Shown here one piece after another: positions 7,769-11,552 of a DNA stretch of 11,552 nt (position 1 is the stretch's first letter; each line of letters opens with the position of its first letter). The translations under genes and the position numbers were made by a program. Origin of the DNA: Pseudomonadota bacterium (GTDB lineage: Bacteria; UBA10199; 2-02-FULL-44-16; JAAZCA01); NCBI GenBank assembly GCA_043798915.1, contig JAZDOG010000051.1, forward strand, positions 1 to 11,552, read 5' to 3'. The notes below the pieces were generated by a model. The model saw only the letters and a program-made list of their open reading frames with translations, was not told the DNA's origin and did not search any database.

Positions 7769-9115
7769 TCAGGCGGTCTTTGGCTTGGCCTTCCACATGA
7801 GCAAGGTCAAGAGCCCGCCGGCAAGCGCGCAGATGGCCCAGAACTTCGCGCCGCCTCCCCATCCCCATCTGTCGACGACCACGCCGGTTCCGGCGCTCGA
7901 CAATACGGCGCCCACATAGCCGAAGAGGCCGATGAAGCCCGTCGCGGATGCGGCCATTCGTTTCGACCCGAAGTCGACGCTCGCGACTCCAGCGATGAGA
8001 AGCTGCGGTCCATACGTGAAAAAACCTATGAGGCCCATCATGGTGAAATCGAGCACGGGGTGCCCGGGAGGGATCTTATAAAAGATGCAGATGCACGCCG
8101 CCAGCAGAAACATGCAGATGGCGGAAGCCGGACCGCGCCGGGCAGCGAAGAGCTTGTCGGAAACCCAGCCGGCGATGATCATGCCCAGAATTCCGACGAG
8201 GGGATTGGCTGCCGACATAAGCGCGCCCATCGAATCCGTATTGCCCTTCAGTTCCACCATGAGCTTTGGCGCCCAGTCATCGGCGCCAAAACGAACCACG
8301 TAGACGAATATGTTTATAAAAGCGCAGAGCCATATCCATTTATTAAAAAGCACCTTATGCAAAAAAGCCTGCCAGTAATGATGTTCATACTCCTCCTCTT
8401 CATGATCCTCCTCCGTATAATCGATATCCTTTTCCTTGTCGTATTTTTCGACCGGTGGAAGCCCCATCGCCTCAGGGCGGTCGCGCATGCGATTGTAGAG
8501 GAAGATGGAGGCCACAAAGCCGATAAATGCGGGGACGAAAAAACATGACCTCCATGAAAACTTGAGGATCAGCGCCGCGGTCAGGACGCGCACGAGCAGG
8601 GTGCCAACCTGATGCGCCGTCGACCACACGCCCCATATGCGGCCGCGCTCGTTGACGTTGAACCATTGCGCGAGCGCCCTGGCGTAGGGGGGATTGCCCA
8701 TCGATTGAAACCACCCGTTGAGCCCCCAGATAAACGCGAGCATGAAGAGGCTCGTGGCGTATCCGAAGAGCACGGAACAGACGACCGATCCGAACATGCC
8801 GATCACCGAGAAGTAACGAATATTGGCCCGATCCGCCAGCACGCCGTTGACGAATTTGCCAACGCCGTAGCTGATATAGAGCGCTGCGCCCAGGATGCCC
8901 AGCTGGGTGTTCGAGTAACCCAGATCGCGGCTCATCGCGGGCAACACCGTCGAGATATTCTTGCGCATCAGATAGAAAACGGCATAGCCGACGAAAGAGG
9001 CGTAACAGGTCCTCCAGCGCCAGTAACGGTACATCGACGCGACTTTTTGGGGATCGGTGATTTTCTCCGCCGCGGCGGGCGGCATCCTGAGTTCGGCCCA
9101 GATGCGCTTGAACAT
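7769..9115 (-). CDS. MFS transporter, organophosphate:Pi antiporter (OPA; GlpT/UhpT/UhpC/PgtP) family
   Basis: Multiple hydrophobic helices; YRYWRWR, FYLMRKN, YGVGKF, NGWFQSMG, ERGRIWGVWSTAHQVG, RDRPEAMGLPPVE, YVVRFG, GWVSDKLF..RRGP, YGPQLLI and ATGFIGLFGY. Purine-rich SD GAGGGGGGAG upstream of ATG 9115. Confidence 0.93.
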   Translation of the reverse strand: MFKRIWAELRMPPAAAEKITDPQKVASMYRYWRWRTCYASFVGYAVFYLMRKNISTVLPAMSRDLGYSNTQLGILGAALYISYGVGKFVNGVLADRANIRYFSVIGMFGSVVCSVLFGYATSLFMLAFIWGLNGWFQSMGNPPYARALAQWFNVNERGRIWGVWSTAHQVGTLLVRVLTAALILKFSWRSCFFVPAFIGFVASIFLYNRMRDRPEAMGLPPVEKYDKEKDIDYTEEDHEEEEYEHHYWQAFLHKVLFNKWIWLCAFINIFVYVVRFGADDWAPKLMVELKGNTDSMGALMSAANPLVGILGMIIAGWVSDKLFAARRGPASAICMFLLAACICIFYKIPPGHPVLDFTMMGLIGFFTYGPQLLIAGVASVDFGSKRMAASATGFIGLFGYVGAVLSSAGTGVVVDRWGWGGGAKFWAICALAGGLLTLLMWKAKPKTA

Positions 9116-9223
9116 TCTCCCCCCTCACAGAAAATATGCCAATGTCTTGATTGTTCAACGATTTTGCTGCCCGTAACAAACGGGCTTTCAAATGTCAATT
9201 TTAACTATTTACAAACGAATCCC
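9116..9223 (-). promoter_or_regulatory. AT-rich intergenic region, probable promoter/operator of the transporter-G1PDH-HAD-rlmN unit
   Basis: Visibly AT-rich relative to the flanking genes. Minus-strand TTGACA at 9198-9193; inverted repeat GCCCGT-N5-ACGGGC at 9169-9185; TTGA-N4-TCAA at 9147-9158. No consensus -10 at 17 nt from TTGACA (TACGGG). Confidence 0.45.
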
Positions 9224-11551
9224 CTACCTGCCTGTCACTGGCGGGCGCCGCATCTTCTTCCAATAATCGCCTGATTCCGTGACCTTCCCCACGAAGCCTT
9301 TGACTTTTTCAGGAGAGTCCGGAACAGGCCCTATGCCGTTCATCAAAATGAACTCGAACCAGTCCCGATGTTCTCTCCCGGTTTTCAGGAACCGCTCGGG
9401 GCGGTTTTTGTTTGCGTACATCGCCGCCGATCCCATGGCGAGCGCCTGTTCAACCACGGTGGCGTCGTCAAACGAAGTGGATTTTTTTTCGCCTTTGGAC
9501 CATCCCTCGAGCCTGTGTTTGGCCTCGGCGATGACTGCGCTGACTTTATTGTCCACATCTTCGGCCTGAGCAGCGGTGAGCTTGTCGCTGGCATAAAACT
9601 CCGCCAACGTCTTGTATGCGCCAGGGATCGGTTCAAACGGAGATTCGCCGTTGCGAGGACTGCCCGTCGCCCAGTCGATCGGCTCGTGCCAGTGCCAGGC
9701 CGAGGGCCCGCCGTGCCAGACTTTCGCAGCCACGTGGTGCTCAAGAAATCCTTCCAGATCTCCCGCGGCGGCTTTCGCGTATTTTTTCCTCCAGAATCCC
9801 TTCGAGGCATAGTGGGGATACCATTTGGTCACGAGCGGATCCAGAGTGTCGCGCCCCAGGGCGCGATCGAGAAACGTTGCCAATGGAGTGTCCCAGCCAG
9901 ACTTGAGTTTCACGAGGTTTCTAAGCGGCAGCGTCGTGAGCGAACGGACGAACGTCGACATTCCTATATTATAGCCATCTCCATCGAGAATATATCGATT
10001 GCCACCCCGAAAACCGTCCCATGCGGTTCCGATCAGCACGTCGTGGATGATGCAGTGCGCTAGCCAGCCTTTCCAGTTGGGTTTGACGCCAATCTTCATG
10101 GACTTGACCGAATGCTGTGCGAACACCTCTGAAAATGAACCACCCTCCCTCTCTATCATGCGCGCGATGACTTTCTTTTCCCATGGGGTCAATGCATTCT
10201 TCGACAGCAAGCCCCCCAGATATTCCTTTTCCTGAGGGGTCAATGGGAAGCCATTCTTCGATATCACATGCTTGACATTCTCCCTTTCCGCAGCGGTCAA
10301 TTTATCCCTCGATCGAAGGGCTTTCGCCTCCTCGCGGGTCAATGCTTTCCTCTTTACCAGGCGTCCAAGGGCCTCCTTTTCCGGAGGGGTCAATGCCTTC
10401 CTCTTTGCCAGGCGCGCAAAAAATTCCTTTTCCTCAGGGGTCGAAATGCCGCCCCTCCGCAGCAAACCCTTGACTGCATCCATTTCCCCAGCGGTCAATT
10501 TATCCCCCGATCGAAGGGCTGTCATTTCCGCAGGGGTCAATGCATCCATCGATGCCATGCGCGCACCAGCCTTCTTTTTTCCCCCGGCGGCCAGTACAGC
10601 CCTCGACACCAGGCGCTTTAAAGCCTGCCTTTCCTCAGCGGTCGGCTCGGCCCTCGATACCAGGCGCGCAGCGACCTTTTCTTTTCCTTCAGCGGCCAAT
10701 GCATCCCTCCACAGGACGCGCTCAAATATCCGCTTTTCCTCAGCAACGGCCAATGGATCAACCGATATAAGGCGCGAAAAAGCCTCCTGCTCCTCGGAGG
10801 TCAATGTCGCCACGACCCTCGCCTTCCTCACACTCCCTTCAACAACCCTTTTATATCCATCGCGGCCCTTCTTGAACTGGACGCCGACAAGCACCCGCCC
10901 CTCCCGGTCAAGGACCGTCACGTTCTCGTAATTTGCCCCCTGCATCAGCTTCCGCAGAAGGGATCTGTCCGGCCCGGTAAAATGCTCGAGCGCCAATTTC
11001 TCCGTCTCCCTTTGCCCCATCTTGAGGCCGATGGACTTGACCATGGCCTGTCCACGGAGCTTCGAAAGCCCATCGCGCAGCAAACGCCCGCGCCACTGAC
11101 CCAGGATCGACCCGGTGCCGTAGTTCGCCGCAAGGCGGTACATGTCGATCTCTTTAAGATCCTGGCCGCTCAGAAGCTGGGGGATGGCATCAGCGGCGCG
11201 GTCGAGGATGACCAGCATGCGCTGCCCGCCCTGATCCAGGCCTATTTTATAAGCGACGCGATTCATCGCGAACATCAGGGCGACCCCGCCCGCCCATGAC
11301 AGCGGCGGCTTATCATCCTTGTGTTCCCTGAACAACAGCTCCGCCCCGACATAAGGAACGCTTATCCTCTCGGCGTGTCTTATGATCGCATTTATAAATG
11401 TCAAAAGACCAAAACCCTTCCTCCAGCTTTGAAATTTGAGCGACCCATCCTCTGCTGCCCTCATTCCATGAATGATCAACTGACGGATCCAGAATGATTG
11501 CTTGAGTTCCGCTTCCGAAAGACGAGCTCCACCGGTGCCGAAGAGGAACCG
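9224..11551 (-). CDS. Large hypothetical protein (at least 775 aa, 5' end outside the window) with an internal degenerate helical repeat region
   Basis: The frame has no stop from the right edge (RFLFGTGGARLSEAELKQSFWIRQLIIHG...) to TAG at 9226-9224, so the ORF-track TTG start at 11479 is probably not the true start. Internal repeats all have lengths that are multiples of 3. No family recognised. Confidence 0.8.
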   Translation of the reverse strand, partial: RFLFGTGGARLSEAELKQSFWIRQLIIHGMRAAEDGSLKFQSWRKGFGLLTFINAIIRHAERISVPYVGAELLFREHKDDKPPLSWAGGVALMFAMNRVAYKIGLDQGGQRMLVILDRAADAIPQLLSGQDLKEIDMYRLAANYGTGSILGQWRGRLLRDGLSKLRGQAMVKSIGLKMGQRETEKLALEHFTGPDRSLLRKLMQGANYENVTVLDREGRVLVGVQFKKGRDGYKRVVEGSVRKARVVATLTSEEQEAFSRLISVDPLAVAEEKRIFERVLWRDALAAEGKEKVAARLVSRAEPTAEERQALKRLVSRAVLAAGGKKKAGARMASMDALTPAEMTALRSGDKLTAGEMDAVKGLLRRGGISTPEEKEFFARLAKRKALTPPEKEALGRLVKRKALTREEAKALRSRDKLTAAERENVKHVISKNGFPLTPQEKEYLGGLLSKNALTPWEKKVIARMIEREGGSFSEVFAQHSVKSMKIGVKPNWKGWLAHCIIHDVLIGTAWDGFRGGNRYILDGDGYNIGMSTFVRSLTTLPLRNLVKLKSGWDTPLATFLDRALGRDTLDPLVTKWYPHYASKGFWRKKYAKAAAGDLEGFLEHHVAAKVWHGGPSAWHWHEPIDWATGSPRNGESPFEPIPGAYKTLAEFYASDKLTAAQAEDVDNKVSAVIAEAKHRLEGWSKGEKKSTSFDDATVVEQALAMGSAAMYANKNRPERFLKTGREHRDWFEFILMNGIGPVPDSPEKVKGFVGKVTESGDYWKKMRRPPVTGR
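10145..10804 (-). repeat. Intragenic degenerate tandem repeat, about 13 units of 14-19 aa (42-57 nt), consensus LT(P/A)xE(K/R)xxhxRLhx(R/K)xA
   Basis: Recurrent plus-strand GG(T/C)CAAT core. Near-identical DNA pairs: 10291-10322 vs 10489-10520 (31/32, offset 198), 10336-10363 vs 10387-10414 (26/28, offset 51), 10599-10616 vs 10650-10667 (17/18, offset 51). Confidence 0.9.
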
Positions 11552-11552
11552 G

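Noticed and set aside
6877..9274. Plus-strand ORFs 6877..7617, 7334..8548 and 8612..9274, and minus-strand alternative frame 8472..9191
   Set aside because: Overlap the well-supported dehydrogenase and transporter genes; biased composition and no recognisable motifs.
10145..10804. Regularly spaced DNA repeats as a possible CRISPR or non-coding array
   Set aside because: Units are degenerate along their whole length, all multiples of 3 and in frame within a long ORF; there is no constant repeat with unique spacers and no cas genes.

Overview
GC-rich bacterial chromosomal segment with nine CDSs and no recognisable RNA genes, mobile elements or CRISPR arrays. The left block (minus strand) is mtnP, a PfkB-family kinase and trxB, which runs off the window edge. 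The right block (minus strand) is a tightly coupled run of a GlpT/UhpT-family organophosphate:Pi antiporter, an AraM/EgsA-type sn-glycerol-1-phosphate dehydrogenase, a HAD phosphatase and rlmN. Upstream of it is a large uncharacterised ORF, open at the right edge, carrying about 13 degenerate LTxxE helical repeats. Between the two blocks, on the plus strand, is a translationally coupled two-gene cassette. One gene encodes a TrxB-fold flavoprotein without the CxxC motif. The other encodes an RlmN/Cfr-like radical SAM protein that keeps the methyl-carrier Cys but lacks the resolving Cys and the N-terminal domain. This cassette, the putative glycerol-1-phosphate uptake operon and the repeat protein are the best candidates for undescribed biology. 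All family calls come from motif recognition by eye; no searches were run.
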